Positions 40,188 to 50,134 of a stretch of 64,000 nt of DNA are shown here, piece by piece. The notes beneath the pieces are model-generated. The model had not been told where the DNA came from, did not search any database, and saw only the letters and a program-made list of their open reading frames with translations. A program made the translations under genes and the position numbers. Each line of letters begins with the position of its first letter. Position 1 is the first letter of the stretch. Origin of the DNA: an uncultured virus (IMG/VR IMGVR_UViG_3300034272_002779) (Duplodnaviria > Heunggongvirae > Uroviricota > Caudoviricetes); the IMG/VR virus record IMGVR_UViG_3300034272_002779; one strand, given 5' to 3'.

Positions 40188-41591
40188 TTATTTTAGTGAA
40201 ATGCTAATATCCCCATAATCGATACTCGTATTCATTTTCTTCTTATGGTGAACCCAATATTTTTCGTGATTGGTGAATTGGGTTTGTTCCTTGAGCAAAG
40301 ATAAATTTGTATGAAGAAATCCATTATAATATGGTGGAGTCACTATCTTAGAGAGAATGTTAAATCGGAAATCAATAAATTCTTCTCTAATCGATGAAAT
40401 ATCTCCGGTATAAGACTTTATTGCTTGAGATTCATCAACACCTTTTAATATTTTTTCACGAATCTCCTCGCGATTACTATTATGATTAAATCCAGGTAGC
40501 GAAGCTATTAAGAATTTTTCATTATACTTGGTCCGTTTATCCAGATCCCCCAACATCTCTTGAGCTTTATCAAAGCTGTCAAAAAGATTTTTTCTGCGTA
40601 ATTTTTCACAGTTTTTATTCCACAGAATTCTTGGAACCAGAGCAACTTCTTGGAGCAAATCATTAACATACAAATGGACTTTATATGTATTATCCGTTGT
40701 ACCGTCCTCTTTTCTTAATTCTATCCTCAGATTATACCATTTCTTCAATTCAAACTTATAATCTGTGTAGACTGTTTGGGATCCGGAGGCTAATGGAAAG
40801 GCAACCCCTATCGAAAATGGACTTCTTTTCTCTTTATAGGATTCTTTGTATCTATATTTATTGCCTTCCGTCTCGACAGGTATGATAGAGTAAGGGGCAA
40901 CTGCTCCTATCGAGATAAAGTTATGAGGAGGATCAGTATAAAGCTTAGTACCCTTTTCATTTTCACCGTTTTCTCGTGAATACTGAAATCTCATTATCTC
41001 CGTACGTCTAGTTGTATTGGTTTTATAGATAGAATCTATCGATCTGTAAAATGTTCTAGTTGGAAATCTATTTAATCTAAATGAACAGCTAATCGTATAT
41101 TCGCTAGTCATCTTATTATCAGTAGAATCATATATCGGTTTCCAGTTATCCTCCGAAAGTTCATTTCTACCCAATATTTGTAAAGTTGGTTGATGACCAA
41201 ATGCAAATAGATCATCAGGTAATCCCTTAAATTTTTTATTAGCACCATTAATGGTTGCCTGGTTTATTTCAGTAGAGGTAACAACAATCAGATCCGATGC
41301 GGATGTTTTTGGCTGATAAGTAAAAACTGTTCTCTTATCATCCTTAGTCCCTACAATCGATTGGACTTTAACTAGAGTTGGAGCATCCACAAACTTATAA
41401 GCATCCTTAGTGGTATTTTCAACCGACTTCATTAACTTATCCTTTAAGTCCGAGTATTTTTGAACCTCTTGTTCGCTCAATTCTTTCTCCCCCTTAGATT
41501 CTATCTTAGTTCTAAGTTTTTCATATTCAGGATAGAATCTTCTAATCTCGCTGGATAGCTCAAGAGCTTTCGATTTATTAACAGAACTCAT
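40188..41591 (-). CDS. Hypothetical protein (possible LamG-like segment)
   Basis: 467 aa; KKWYNLRI...HLYVND. Confidence 0.7.
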   Translation of the reverse strand: MSSVNKSKALELSSEIRRFYPEYEKLRTKIESKGEKELSEQEVQKYSDLKDKLMKSVENTTKDAYKFVDAPTLVKVQSIVGTKDDKRTVFTYQPKTSASDLIVVTSTEINQATINGANKKFKGLPDDLFAFGHQPTLQILGRNELSEDNWKPIYDSTDNKMTSEYTISCSFRLNRFPTRTFYRSIDSIYKTNTTRRTEIMRFQYSRENGENEKGTKLYTDPPHNFISIGAVAPYSIIPVETEGNKYRYKESYKEKRSPFSIGVAFPLASGSQTVYTDYKFELKKWYNLRIELRKEDGTTDNTYKVHLYVNDLLQEVALVPRILWNKNCEKLRRKNLFDSFDKAQEMLGDLDKRTKYNEKFLIASLPGFNHNSNREEIREKILKGVDESQAIKSYTGDISSIREEFIDFRFNILSKIVTPPYYNGFLHTNLSLLKEQTQFTNHEKYWVHHKKKMNTSIDYGDISISLK

Positions 41592-41607
41592 TTATTAAAA
41601 ATTTATT

Positions 41608-42060
41608 TTATGCTACTTTAGTAAGTGTTGCATCATAGTCTCCCTCGACTCCTTTAATCTCTCCGGTCCCACTAAAAGCTATACTTGATGCTTTTGTCTT
41701 AACCTTGGATGCAAGAGTGTTTAGAGTTGCATCGTCCAATTTAAATACCTTATCTGTGTTGTCCTTAACGTAGATGTCTCCGGTCTCCTTGCTTTTCCAA
41801 ACCACTTCAACAGCTATAGGTCCTTCATACCAAGTTACAAGGAGTTTTTTAACTTTGACATTTACCTTATAATAAAGTTCTGTGTTGTTATAGATGAAAA
41901 CTATTCTACCGGTCAAATCCTTTGGCTTACCAGTTTTGGGATCCTTACCCCCGTGTGTTCTGGCAGAAACTATCTCTACCCCCTTCCACTCTACTGATTC
42001 TAAAATTGGTTGATTTAAAGATTCGTTTACGAAATCTTGATATCCCTTAATGTTTTCCAT
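41608..42060 (-). CDS. Hypothetical protein with leader
   Basis: MENIKGYQDFVNE; late motif at ~42085. Confidence 0.7.
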   Translation of the reverse strand: MENIKGYQDFVNESLNQPILESVEWKGVEIVSARTHGGKDPKTGKPKDLTGRIVFIYNNTELYYKVNVKVKKLLVTWYEGPIAVEVVWKSKETGDIYVKDNTDKVFKLDDATLNTLASKVKTKASSIAFSGTGEIKGVEGDYDATLTKVA

Positions 42061-42124
42061 TGAACTCTATATCTCTTTCTGTATATATTCCAATGGAACG
42101 GATAAATTGGAAAGAGATCCGGAT

Positions 42125-42439
42125 CTAAACTAGATGCTTCAGAAGTTCATGCTTTCTAGATCTGTGTCTTCGCTGTGTCTCTGCCCACTCGACTCCGCCT
42201 TTATAGTAGATCTTACTTCCTCCTCTTTCGGCTCTTCTCTGTAGATCTATCTCCTTCTTCTTGGGATCTTGGATAAATGTAATTAGTCTTCTGGAAACCT
42301 TAAATAGTTTTGCGAGGTTTCTCTGACTCATGCCTCTCTCGGTCCAGTACAATACCATTTCTTTCTGGCATGGCAACAGCTTAACCCTTTTATCCAGAAA
42401 GGGTGAATCGAGCTTAAGTTTTTCAGTTTTGTATGGCAT
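42125..42439 (-). CDS. HTH DNA-binding protein
   Basis: GMSQRNLAKLFKVSRRLITFI. Confidence 0.7.
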   Translation of the reverse strand: MPYKTEKLKLDSPFLDKRVKLLPCQKEMVLYWTERGMSQRNLAKLFKVSRRLITFIQDPKKKEIDLQRRAERGGSKIYYKGGVEWAETQRRHRSRKHELLKHLV

Positions 42440-42449
42440 CTTGCTTTAT

Positions 42450-42686
42450 TTAGACATCTTCTGAATTAGTTTTGCTTTCCTTGTCTTCCTGTTTTTGCTC
42501 TACGAATTCATACTCCATTGTTTCTGTTGGTCGATAGTACTCGCATCTTTCCTCCTCCCTCTTATAAGGGGCTTCGGAAAAATATGCTTCCATAAAAGAA
42601 TCTTTTAAATACATGTGTCTGCTGCAGGTTTTCTTTAAAGGACAATCCTTTCCCACGCAAAATGTAATATCAATGTCCATTCTCAA
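42450..42686 (-). CDS. Small Cys-rich protein
   Basis: DITFC.GKDCPLKKTC.R; early promoter on - strand at 42720-42753. Confidence 0.6.
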   Translation of the reverse strand: MRMDIDITFCVGKDCPLKKTCSRHMYLKDSFMEAYFSEAPYKREEERCEYYRPTETMEYEFVEQKQEDKESKTNSEDV

Positions 42687-42809
42687 GTTCTTTTATTTGT
42701 TGTTATCTATCAATTTTCTCAATATTAATAATACATTCCGTGAATAAAAAATTGTGATTTATTTTTTCATCCCGTATATGGTGTCTATATTTGCTCAAAA
42801 CTAAAAGAA

Positions 42810-43355
42810 ATGAAAAACCAAAAATCAGAATCAGAACAGGGTCTAAAAGCTTTCCCTGGACCACCGATGGGCATGGGTATGATCATACCAATTAAGATCA
42901 AACAGGCTTCAGAATTTCTAAGTAGAGGAAATGATAGGAGTCAGAAGCTAGGAAAAATCCTATCTGGAATATTCGAAGCAATGGTTAAAGGCGGCGAAAC
43001 CTATTTCAATCTCTACGAGAATATTGGACGTTCCTATCCAAAAATGTCCAAATTCTGGAACGATGAGATTTTTCATAAGATGAACGGGAAGGAAGGACCT
43101 ACTGAGATTGGTGACGTTAAGAAGAACACTGGCATCGACTTCGAGGTTCTTGTTTCTGGAATAGATCCAGAGGGATTCAATTATTTACAGGCAACTATCA
43201 TGTTCGTGAAGAATGTACGGAATCATGCTCAGAAAGAATCGGAGGATGAGATCGAAAGATTTGAGATCTTCTATCCTATGATCTGGGGGGTGTACATCTC
43301 GGTATTTAATGACGAGTATCTGGACGAAATTCTAGATATAGTCGAGAGAGCATAG
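42810..43355 (+). CDS. Hypothetical protein
   Basis: 181 aa after early promoter 42786. Confidence 0.7.
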   Translation: MKNQKSESEQGLKAFPGPPMGMGMIIPIKIKQASEFLSRGNDRSQKLGKILSGIFEAMVKGGETYFNLYENIGRSYPKMSKFWNDEIFHKMNGKEGPTEIGDVKKNTGIDFEVLVSGIDPEGFNYLQATIMFVKNVRNHAQKESEDEIERFEIFYPMIWGVYISVFNDEYLDEILDIVERA

Positions 43356-44036
43356 TTAGTTCCCGATCATCACGGGAATCGGTGTTCCCACTGGATAAGG
43401 AAATCCTTCCTTAGCTGCTGTTACTGAGGTCTGTCCGTTTTTGACAGGGATTGCAACACGAAGAGGAACTGCATCCTCATTCAAAGGCCCGTAAACTCTA
43501 GCCAGTACAATACCGGTTTCGGTTGTATCGAATATTACACCAGGCATGGCAAACATGTTGCTCTCGCTTGTTGCTGGATCTGACATATCAATTACAAATG
43601 CACGATTAACCGGTGACATCAACTCCCATTTCTTGCTATCAGGATTGAACTGTGGGATAACGGTTGTGGTGTCAAAGTACCAGAATAGAGACCAAACGGT
43701 GTTGTCAGTGCCATCTGGGGTTTGAAAATTGCTGGCAACATTAAAGTCTCCCCAGGTTCCACCACTACCGTACATGGCCAAGTTAGAGATAGAAGGTCCA
43801 TTAAGTACAGGACAGATAGCGCACCCTTCACGATACTCAACGCCCTGAATTGTTATGGTCTTTCCAGTAGGAACTGCTGCAGAAGCTCCACAGAAAGCGA
43901 ATTGACCTTCGTGAATTCTAAGAACCCCCGCTTCTTTCTCTTGTGCAACTTCGATTTGTGTCTCATGCTTCTTATCCGAGCATGATGTAAAAGCAAGAAT
44001 TGCGGCTACCATTAATAGTATTTTTGTTCTTTTCAT
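43356..44036 (-). CDS. Putative lipoprotein
   Basis: Lipobox FTSC. Confidence 0.7.
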   Translation of the reverse strand: MKRTKILLMVAAILAFTSCSDKKHETQIEVAQEKEAGVLRIHEGQFAFCGASAAVPTGKTITIQGVEYREGCAICPVLNGPSISNLAMYGSGGTWGDFNVASNFQTPDGTDNTVWSLFWYFDTTTVIPQFNPDSKKWELMSPVNRAFVIDMSDPATSESNMFAMPGVIFDTTETGIVLARVYGPLNEDAVPLRVAIPVKNGQTSVTAAKEGFPYPVGTPIPVMIGN

Positions 44037-44190
44037 TTTTGTTTATTTGTTATTTATAATTATTTCTCTGAACTTATATATCCACCGATTTCTGACAGCT
44101 ATCAAAGAATATAGCCCGCTTCAACATCAAGTAACTTACCCCACAAAAAAAGCAGACCGGAATCTGCTTTCTAAATGCTTATGAGTTTAC

Positions 44191-44652
44191 TTATCCTATG
44201 TAAGTTTTGATGAATTCATCAACACCCATTAATTCTGTGTGACCGTGATGGTCGATACAAAGCAATTTACCTTCAACTAGGTCAAATAAACGAGCTTCTT
44301 CGTAAACTTGGAAAGAATCACTACCGTTGTTCTCATTACCAAGTCTACCATCTTTAGCTATGTAGTAAGCATAATCCTCTGTGTTAGTGCTATTCGGCAC
44401 CGCCTCAAATTCTCCATTCTCGTCATGAATTACATAACCCATTCCTGTTACATCGACATCGAAGATTTTTAATTCGTCTTCAGTTCCAGGAAATTCGGCA
44501 GCAAGTCTGTCAATAGCACTTTGCAATTTCTCTTTCTGAACTTCGTCGATGATTCCTACTGCTGCATAAGCATCTCCCTGAAAGCAAGTAGCATATCTTC
44601 TACCGGATCTTTGTGTGGGACCGAAGTTCTCAAATAATCTAAGGTGTTTCAT
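44191..44652 (-). CDS. Hypothetical protein with leader
   Basis: MKHLRLFENF; late motif at ~44676. Confidence 0.7.
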   Translation of the reverse strand: MKHLRLFENFGPTQRSGRRYATCFQGDAYAAVGIIDEVQKEKLQSAIDRLAAEFPGTEDELKIFDVDVTGMGYVIHDENGEFEAVPNSTNTEDYAYYIAKDGRLGNENNGSDSFQVYEEARLFDLVEGKLLCIDHHGHTELMGVDEFIKTYIG

Positions 44653-44714
44653 TTTAGTTTATTTTTTTTGGTTTATATATCTCCAAATATAAGGAAGAAT
44701 TGCGGAAGAATCAT

Positions 44715-45389
44715 TTATATCATACCCTTAAATCCATGGTAAGCCCTTATCAATTCCAGTCTCTTTATTTCTTCCGGCCCCACCCACTCGAACTCTGGTT
44801 TGTAGAGTAGCATCTGATCCTCTAACGGGATCTCGCTCCAAAGTGACTCTACAGCCTCCTGATAGCTCATCTCATCTTCCATTTGGTAGAATATACTCCT
44901 GAGTGTATCCTCAGAAACCGGATTATTTACACATTTGAACATCCCTCCGATTTTCTGAGGGGCACCTTCGAGAGAGGTGAGCTGGTTGTTGCTACAATTG
45001 AAATCGCTACCGATTTCCTGTGGTGCTCCCTCCAGTGAGGTAAGCTGGTTGTTGTTACAAAAGAAATCAAGGCCAACTCTCTTTGGTGATCCCACCAGCG
45101 AGGTGAGCTGATTGTCGTCACAATAGAAACCCTCAGCCTCCTGTGGTGCTCCCTCCAGTGAGGTGAGACGGTTGTCCTCGCATGAAAAATATGCTCTCAC
45201 TACACCAAATCTAACTCCTTTAAAATCTGTCAGATCCTGTCCAGTGCAGCTAAAGCTCCCATCCACATCAACAAGTCCGGTATGAGGATTAATAGTCCAT
45301 TTATCAGAGCACTCATCAAGCCACTCGATCTGCTCCGGGGTAAGCTCTACCGCACTCTCAAACATCTTATATGTCTTTAGATTCTTCAT
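44715..45389 (-). CDS. LRR array paralog (4 repeats)
   Basis: FxCxxNQLTSLEGAPQxVGxx repeats with shared N-cap and C-cap. Confidence 0.88.
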   Translation of the reverse strand: MKNLKTYKMFESAVELTPEQIEWLDECSDKWTINPHTGLVDVDGSFSCTGQDLTDFKGVRFGVVRAYFSCEDNRLTSLEGAPQEAEGFYCDDNQLTSLVGSPKRVGLDFFCNNNQLTSLEGAPQEIGSDFNCSNNQLTSLEGAPQKIGGMFKCVNNPVSEDTLRSIFYQMEDEMSYQEAVESLWSEIPLEDQMLLYKPEFEWVGPEEIKRLELIRAYHGFKGMI

Positions 45390-45391
45390 TC

Positions 45392-46447
45392 CTATATCAT
45401 ACCCTTAAATCCTTGGTAAGCCTTTAACGCTTCCAGCTTCCTTCCCTCCTCTGGACTCACCCACTCGAACTCTGGTCTGTACAGCAGAGCCTGATCCTCT
45501 ATAGGGATCTCATTCCAGAGTGATTCCATAGCCTGGATGTAACTCTTCCCTTTCTCCATGGGGTATAATATTCTCCTGAGTGTCTCTTCAGAAACCGGAT
45601 TGCTCTCGGAATAGAAAATCCCATTAATCTCCCGTGGTGCCCCATCCAGTGAGGTGAGCTGGTTGTTTTCGCAGAAGAAACCCCCTCTGACCCGCTGTGG
45701 TGCTCCCTCCAGTGAGGTGAGCTGGTTGTTCCTGCAAATGAAATCCTCTCCAACCTCCTGTGGTGCTCCCTCTAGTGTGGTGAGCTGATTGTGGTCACAA
45801 CTGAACCAAAATCCAACCTTCTGTGGTGCTCCCACCAGTGAGGTGAGCTGGTTGTTGCTACAATTGAAAGCCTGTCCAACACTCTGCGGTGCTCCCTCCA
45901 GAGAGGTGAGCTGGTTGTTGGTACACTTGAAACTCCCTCTGACCCGCTGTGGTGCTCCCACCAGTGATGTGAGCCGGTTGTTCTCACAATAGAAATACCC
46001 AGCAATCTCCTGTGGTGCTCCCACCAGTGATGTGAGCCGGTTGTTCTGGCAATAGAAATACCCACCAACATCCTGTGGTGCTCCCTCCAGTGAGGTGAGC
46101 TGGTTGTTGCTACAATTGAAATCCTGCCCAACACTCTGTGGTGCTCCCACCAGTGAGGTGAGCTGGTTGTCGTGGCAATAGAAATCCCCTCCAACATCCT
46201 GTGGTGCTCCCTCCAGTGAGGTGAGCTGATTGTTCCGGCAAATGAAATCCTCACTGACCACTCCAAACCTAACGTCTTTAAAATCTGTCAGATCCTGTTC
46301 AGAGCAATCGAAATCCCCATCCACATCAACCAGTCCGGTTTGTGGATTAATAGTCCATTCATCAGTGCACTTGTCCAACCACTCGATCTGCTCTGGTGTA
46401 AGCTCTACCGCACTCTCAAACATCTTATATGTCTTTAGATTCTTCAT
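45392..46447 (-). CDS. LRR array paralog (10 repeats)
   Basis: Same architecture as other array members. Confidence 0.88.
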   Translation of the reverse strand: MKNLKTYKMFESAVELTPEQIEWLDKCTDEWTINPQTGLVDVDGDFDCSEQDLTDFKDVRFGVVSEDFICRNNQLTSLEGAPQDVGGDFYCHDNQLTSLVGAPQSVGQDFNCSNNQLTSLEGAPQDVGGYFYCQNNRLTSLVGAPQEIAGYFYCENNRLTSLVGAPQRVRGSFKCTNNQLTSLEGAPQSVGQAFNCSNNQLTSLVGAPQKVGFWFSCDHNQLTTLEGAPQEVGEDFICRNNQLTSLEGAPQRVRGGFFCENNQLTSLDGAPREINGIFYSESNPVSEETLRRILYPMEKGKSYIQAMESLWNEIPIEDQALLYRPEFEWVSPEEGRKLEALKAYQGFKGMI

Positions 46448-46448
46448 T

Positions 46449-47135
46449 TTATATCATACCTTTAAATCCTTGGTAAGCTCTTAACGCTTCCAGCTTCCTT
46501 CTCTCCTCTGGACTCACCCACTCGAACTCTGGTCTGTACAACAGAGTCTGATCTTCTAACGGAATCTTGCTCCAGAGTGATTCCACAGCCTGCATGTGAC
46601 TCTCCCCTTTCTTCATGAGGGAGAATATTCTCTTGAGTGTTTCATTAGAAACTGGGTTGCCGTAGCAATAGAAAATCAATCTCACCCGCTGTGGTGCTCC
46701 CACTAGAGAAGTGAGCTGGTTGTTGTCACATCTAAAATCCCCTTCAACCTCCCGTGGTGCACCCTCCAGTGAGGTGAGCTGATTGTTGTTACAATAGAAA
46801 TCCCATCCAACCTTCTGTGGTGCTCCCTCCAGTGTGGTGAGCTGGTTGTCACTACAACTGAAACCCCCACCAACCCGCTGTGGTGCTCCCTCCAGTGTGG
46901 TGAGCTGGTTGCCGTAGCAATAGAAATACCCACTGACCACTCCAAACCTAACGTCTTTAAAATCTGGCAGATCCATACGAGAGCAGCCAAAATCCCCATC
47001 CACATCAACCAGTCCGGTTTGTGGATTGAGTGTCCAGGTACCATCAATGCACTCGTCAAGCCACTCGATCTGCTCTGGTGTAAGTTCTCCTACACTCTCA
47101 AACAGTTGGCGATATGTCTTTAGATTCTTCATCAT
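46449..47135 (-). CDS. LRR array paralog (4 repeats)
   Basis: Same architecture as other array members. Confidence 0.88.
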   Translation of the reverse strand: MMKNLKTYRQLFESVGELTPEQIEWLDECIDGTWTLNPQTGLVDVDGDFGCSRMDLPDFKDVRFGVVSGYFYCYGNQLTTLEGAPQRVGGGFSCSDNQLTTLEGAPQKVGWDFYCNNNQLTSLEGAPREVEGDFRCDNNQLTSLVGAPQRVRLIFYCYGNPVSNETLKRIFSLMKKGESHMQAVESLWSKIPLEDQTLLYRPEFEWVSPEERRKLEALRAYQGFKGMI

Positions 47136-47139
47136 AATA

Positions 47140-47952
47140 CTATATCATACCTTTAAATCCTTGGTAAGCTCTTAACGCTTCCAGTTTTCTTACCTCCTCT
47201 GGACTCACCCACTCGAACTCTGGTCTGTACAACAGAGCCTGATCCTCTACTGGAATCTCGTTCCAGAGTGTCTCCACAGCCTGAATGTAACTCTCCCCTT
47301 TCTTCATGAGGGAGAATATGCTCTTAAGAGTCTCCACAGAAACTGGGTTGTTCTCACAATAGAAATAATCCCGTCCGATCTCCAGTGTTGCTCCCTCCAA
47401 TGAGGTGAGCTGGTTGTCCCCACAATAGAAATACCCATCCACCTTCTGTGGTGCTCCCTCCAGTGTGGTGAGCTGATTGTTCTCACAATTGAACCTCCCT
47501 CCAACCCGCTGTGGTGCTCCCTTCAGTGAGGTGATCTGGTTGCCGTTACACTCGAAATACCCTCCAACCTTCTGTGGTGCTCCCTCCAGTGTGGTGAGCT
47601 GATTGTTGTTACAAAAGAAACCACTTCTGACCCGCTGTGGTGCTCCCACCAGTGAGGTGAGCTGGTTGTTGCTACAACTGAAATGCTCTCCAACCTCCTG
47701 TGGCGATCCCTCCAATGAGGTGAGCTGGTTGTTCCTACAATTGAAACTCCCACTCACCACTCCAAACTTAACGCCTTTAAAATCTGTCAGGTCCTGTCTA
47801 AAGCAATCGAAGTCTCCTTTCACATCAACCAGTCCTGTTCGTGGATTGATCTTCCAGGTACCATCAGTGAACTTGTCCAGCCACTCGATCTGCTCTGGTG
47901 TGAGCTCTTGTGTGTTCTCAAACATTTGGCGATATGTCTTTAGATTCTTCAT
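47140..47952 (-). CDS. LRR array paralog (6 repeats)
   Basis: Same architecture as other array members. Confidence 0.88.
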   Translation of the reverse strand: MKNLKTYRQMFENTQELTPEQIEWLDKFTDGTWKINPRTGLVDVKGDFDCFRQDLTDFKGVKFGVVSGSFNCRNNQLTSLEGSPQEVGEHFSCSNNQLTSLVGAPQRVRSGFFCNNNQLTTLEGAPQKVGGYFECNGNQITSLKGAPQRVGGRFNCENNQLTTLEGAPQKVDGYFYCGDNQLTSLEGATLEIGRDYFYCENNPVSVETLKSIFSLMKKGESYIQAVETLWNEIPVEDQALLYRPEFEWVSPEEVRKLEALRAYQGFKGMI

Positions 47953-48699
47953 TTATATCATACCTTTAAATCCTTGGTAAGCCTGGAGAGCTTCCAGCTT
48001 TCTTCTCTCCTCTGGACTCACCCACTCGAACTCTGGTCTGTACAGCAGAGCCTGATCCCCTAATGGAATCTCACCCCAGAGAGACTCCACAGCCTGAAGA
48101 TAGCTCTCACCCTTCGTCATGGTGGAGAAGATGCTCTTGAGTGTCCCTTTGGAAACTGGGTTGCCCTCACAATTGAAATGCCGTCCGATCTCCCGTGGTG
48201 CTCCCTCCAGTGAGGTGAGCTGGTTGTTACTACAATAGAAATACCTCCCAACCTTCTGTGGTGCTCCCTCCAGTGTGGTGAGCTGATTTCCCTCACAAAT
48301 GAAATCACCCTCAACCTTCTGTGGTGCCCCCACCAGTGAGGTGAGCTGGTTGTTGTCACACCTGAAACGCTCTCCTACCTCCTGTGGTGCCCCCACCAGT
48401 GAGGTGAGCTGGTTGTTGTTACAATAGAAACCCTCACCAACCTTCTGTGGTGCTCCCTCCAGTGAGGTGAGCTGGTTGTAGTCACAACCGAAATCCTTAC
48501 TCACCACTCCAAACCTAATCCCTTTGAAATCCGTCAGATCATGTTCAGAGCAATCGAAGTCTCCTTTCACATCAACCAGTCCTGTTCGTGGATTGATCTT
48601 CCAGGTACCATCAATGCACTCGTCAAGCCACTCGATCTGCTCTGGTGTGAGCTCTCCCACACTCTCAAACAGTTGGCTATATGTCTTTAGATTCTTCAT
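47953..48699 (-). CDS. LRR array paralog (5 repeats)
   Basis: Same architecture as other array members. Confidence 0.88.
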   Translation of the reverse strand: MKNLKTYSQLFESVGELTPEQIEWLDECIDGTWKINPRTGLVDVKGDFDCSEHDLTDFKGIRFGVVSKDFGCDYNQLTSLEGAPQKVGEGFYCNNNQLTSLVGAPQEVGERFRCDNNQLTSLVGAPQKVEGDFICEGNQLTTLEGAPQKVGRYFYCSNNQLTSLEGAPREIGRHFNCEGNPVSKGTLKSIFSTMTKGESYLQAVESLWGEIPLGDQALLYRPEFEWVSPEERRKLEALQAYQGFKGMI

Positions 48700-49572
48700 T
48701 TATATCATGCCTTTAAATCCAGCGTAAGCCTTAATGACATCCAGCTTCTTACCAAACTCTGGACTCACCCACTCGAACTCTGGTCTGTATAACAGAGCCT
48801 GATCATCTAATGGAATCTCGTTCCAGAGTGTCTCCACAGCCTGCAGGTAGCTATTCCCTTCCTTCGTGAGGGAGAATATGCTCTTGAGTGTCTCTTCAGA
48901 AACGGGGTTTTTCTCACAATAGAAACCCCCTCCAACCTTTTGTGGTGCTCCCTCCAGAGAGGTAAGTTGGTTTCTATCGCAATTGAAACTTCCACCGACC
49001 TCCTGTGGTGCTCCCTCCAGTGAGGTGAGGTTGTTGCCCTCACAAAGGAAACGCTCTCCTACCTCCTGTGGTGCCCCCTCCAGCGAGGTGAGCTGGTTGT
49101 TGTTACAACTGAAACCTCTTCCGACCCGCTGTGGTGCTCCCTCCAGTGAGGTGAGCTGGTTGTCGCTGCAATAGAAATCATGTCCAACCCGCTGAGGTGC
49201 TCCCTCTAGGGAGATGAGCTGGTTGTCCTCACAATTGAAATTCGCTCCGACTTCCTGAGGTGCTCCCACCAGCGAGGTGAGCTGGTTGTACCTACAATAG
49301 AAATCCTCTCCAACCTTCTGTGGTGCTCCCTCTAGGGAGATGAGCTGGTTGTTGCTGCAATAGAAATACCCACTGACCACTCCAAACCTAATCCCTTTGA
49401 AATCTGTCAGGTCCTGTTCAGAGCAATTGAAATCCCCATCCACATCAACAAGTCCGGTTTGTGGATTGATCTTCCAGGTACCATCAGTGCACTTGTCCAA
49501 CCACTCGATCTGCTCTGGTGTAAGCTCTCCCACACTCTCAAACAGTTGGCGATACGTCTTCAGATTTTTCAT
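48700..49572 (-). CDS. LRR array paralog (7 repeats), first in operon
   Basis: Same architecture; GATATATA late motif at 49579-49586 just upstream. Confidence 0.88.
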   Translation of the reverse strand: MKNLKTYRQLFESVGELTPEQIEWLDKCTDGTWKINPQTGLVDVDGDFNCSEQDLTDFKGIRFGVVSGYFYCSNNQLISLEGAPQKVGEDFYCRYNQLTSLVGAPQEVGANFNCEDNQLISLEGAPQRVGHDFYCSDNQLTSLEGAPQRVGRGFSCNNNQLTSLEGAPQEVGERFLCEGNNLTSLEGAPQEVGGSFNCDRNQLTSLEGAPQKVGGGFYCEKNPVSEETLKSIFSLTKEGNSYLQAVETLWNEIPLDDQALLYRPEFEWVSPEFGKKLDVIKAYAGFKGMI

Positions 49573-49780
49573 CCCACTATATATCTCTCAATATAAGGCA
49601 TCATCCCGGTCTAAAAAAAAATGTGTTGGGGGCTTTTGGGACCAAATCCCCAGGAGGGGCCCGCCCACCAAATAGATGTAGTATATGTTCCGTCTCCTAT
49701 AGATAGAGGTAGTGATAGATAGAGTACAGTCACACACACTAAAGAGCATGAGCACACAATCGCATATAGACAAGGTAAAC

Positions 49781-50134
49781 ATGAAACCTAATCTACTACC
49801 TTATCCACACCATGTAGCAGCACCTAAGATAGAGACAGTAGATCTATCAGCGTTCAATACACTACAGGCACACAAGGTGAGCAAGTCACTACAGAAGAGA
49901 GCAGAGGAGATAGCTAGTGCTGTGAAATCCCTACAAGAAGACTATGCACTCAACCTACAGCTATACTCTGCAACCAGATCATTCGAGCCTGTACTAGGAG
50001 AGGTGTATCATCTATATGAGAAGGCAGATGGCACCCAGTTCCTAAGTCTCATATCTCCCAGAGAATGGAAGCAGAAGTACCTGTATTCTGGTGTGCTAAA
50101 CTCCGATGGTACCTGGACCCGAGTAGATCTGTAG
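49781..50134 (+). CDS. DUF2452-like protein
   Basis: LLPYPHHVAAPKI...LYSA..SFEPVLGEVYHLYEK...FLSLISPREW; start could be 49748. Confidence 0.7.
   Translation: MKPNLLPYPHHVAAPKIETVDLSAFNTLQAHKVSKSLQKRAEEIASAVKSLQEDYALNLQLYSATRSFEPVLGEVYHLYEKADGTQFLSLISPREWKQKYLYSGVLNSDGTWTRVDL

Larger units (their letters stand above)
44930..49370. repeat. 63-bp coding repeat units (36 copies across six genes)
   Basis: Near-constant core TGTGGTGCTCCCTCCAGTGAGGTGAGCTGGTTG plus ~28-30 variable nt. Confidence 0.9.

Noticed and set aside
45499..49043. Alternative-frame ORFs with TTSSPHWREHH repeats, and antisense ORFs
   Set aside because: Shadow frames of the LRR repeats, with no independent starts or leaders
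44930..49370. CRISPR-like pattern (~33-bp constant repeat + ~30-bp variable spacer)
   Set aside because: The period is 63 bp in frame within ORFs, the 'spacers' are similar to each other and encode conserved F/C/V/G residues, and there are no cas genes; this is a coding LRR repeat
44715..49572. Diversity-generating retroelement as the source of LRR variation
   Set aside because: One variable position is often AAC/GAC/TAC/CAC/GGC, but others vary at non-A positions, and there is no reverse transcriptase or non-coding template repeat in the window; not supported here, though an RT elsewhere cannot be excluded
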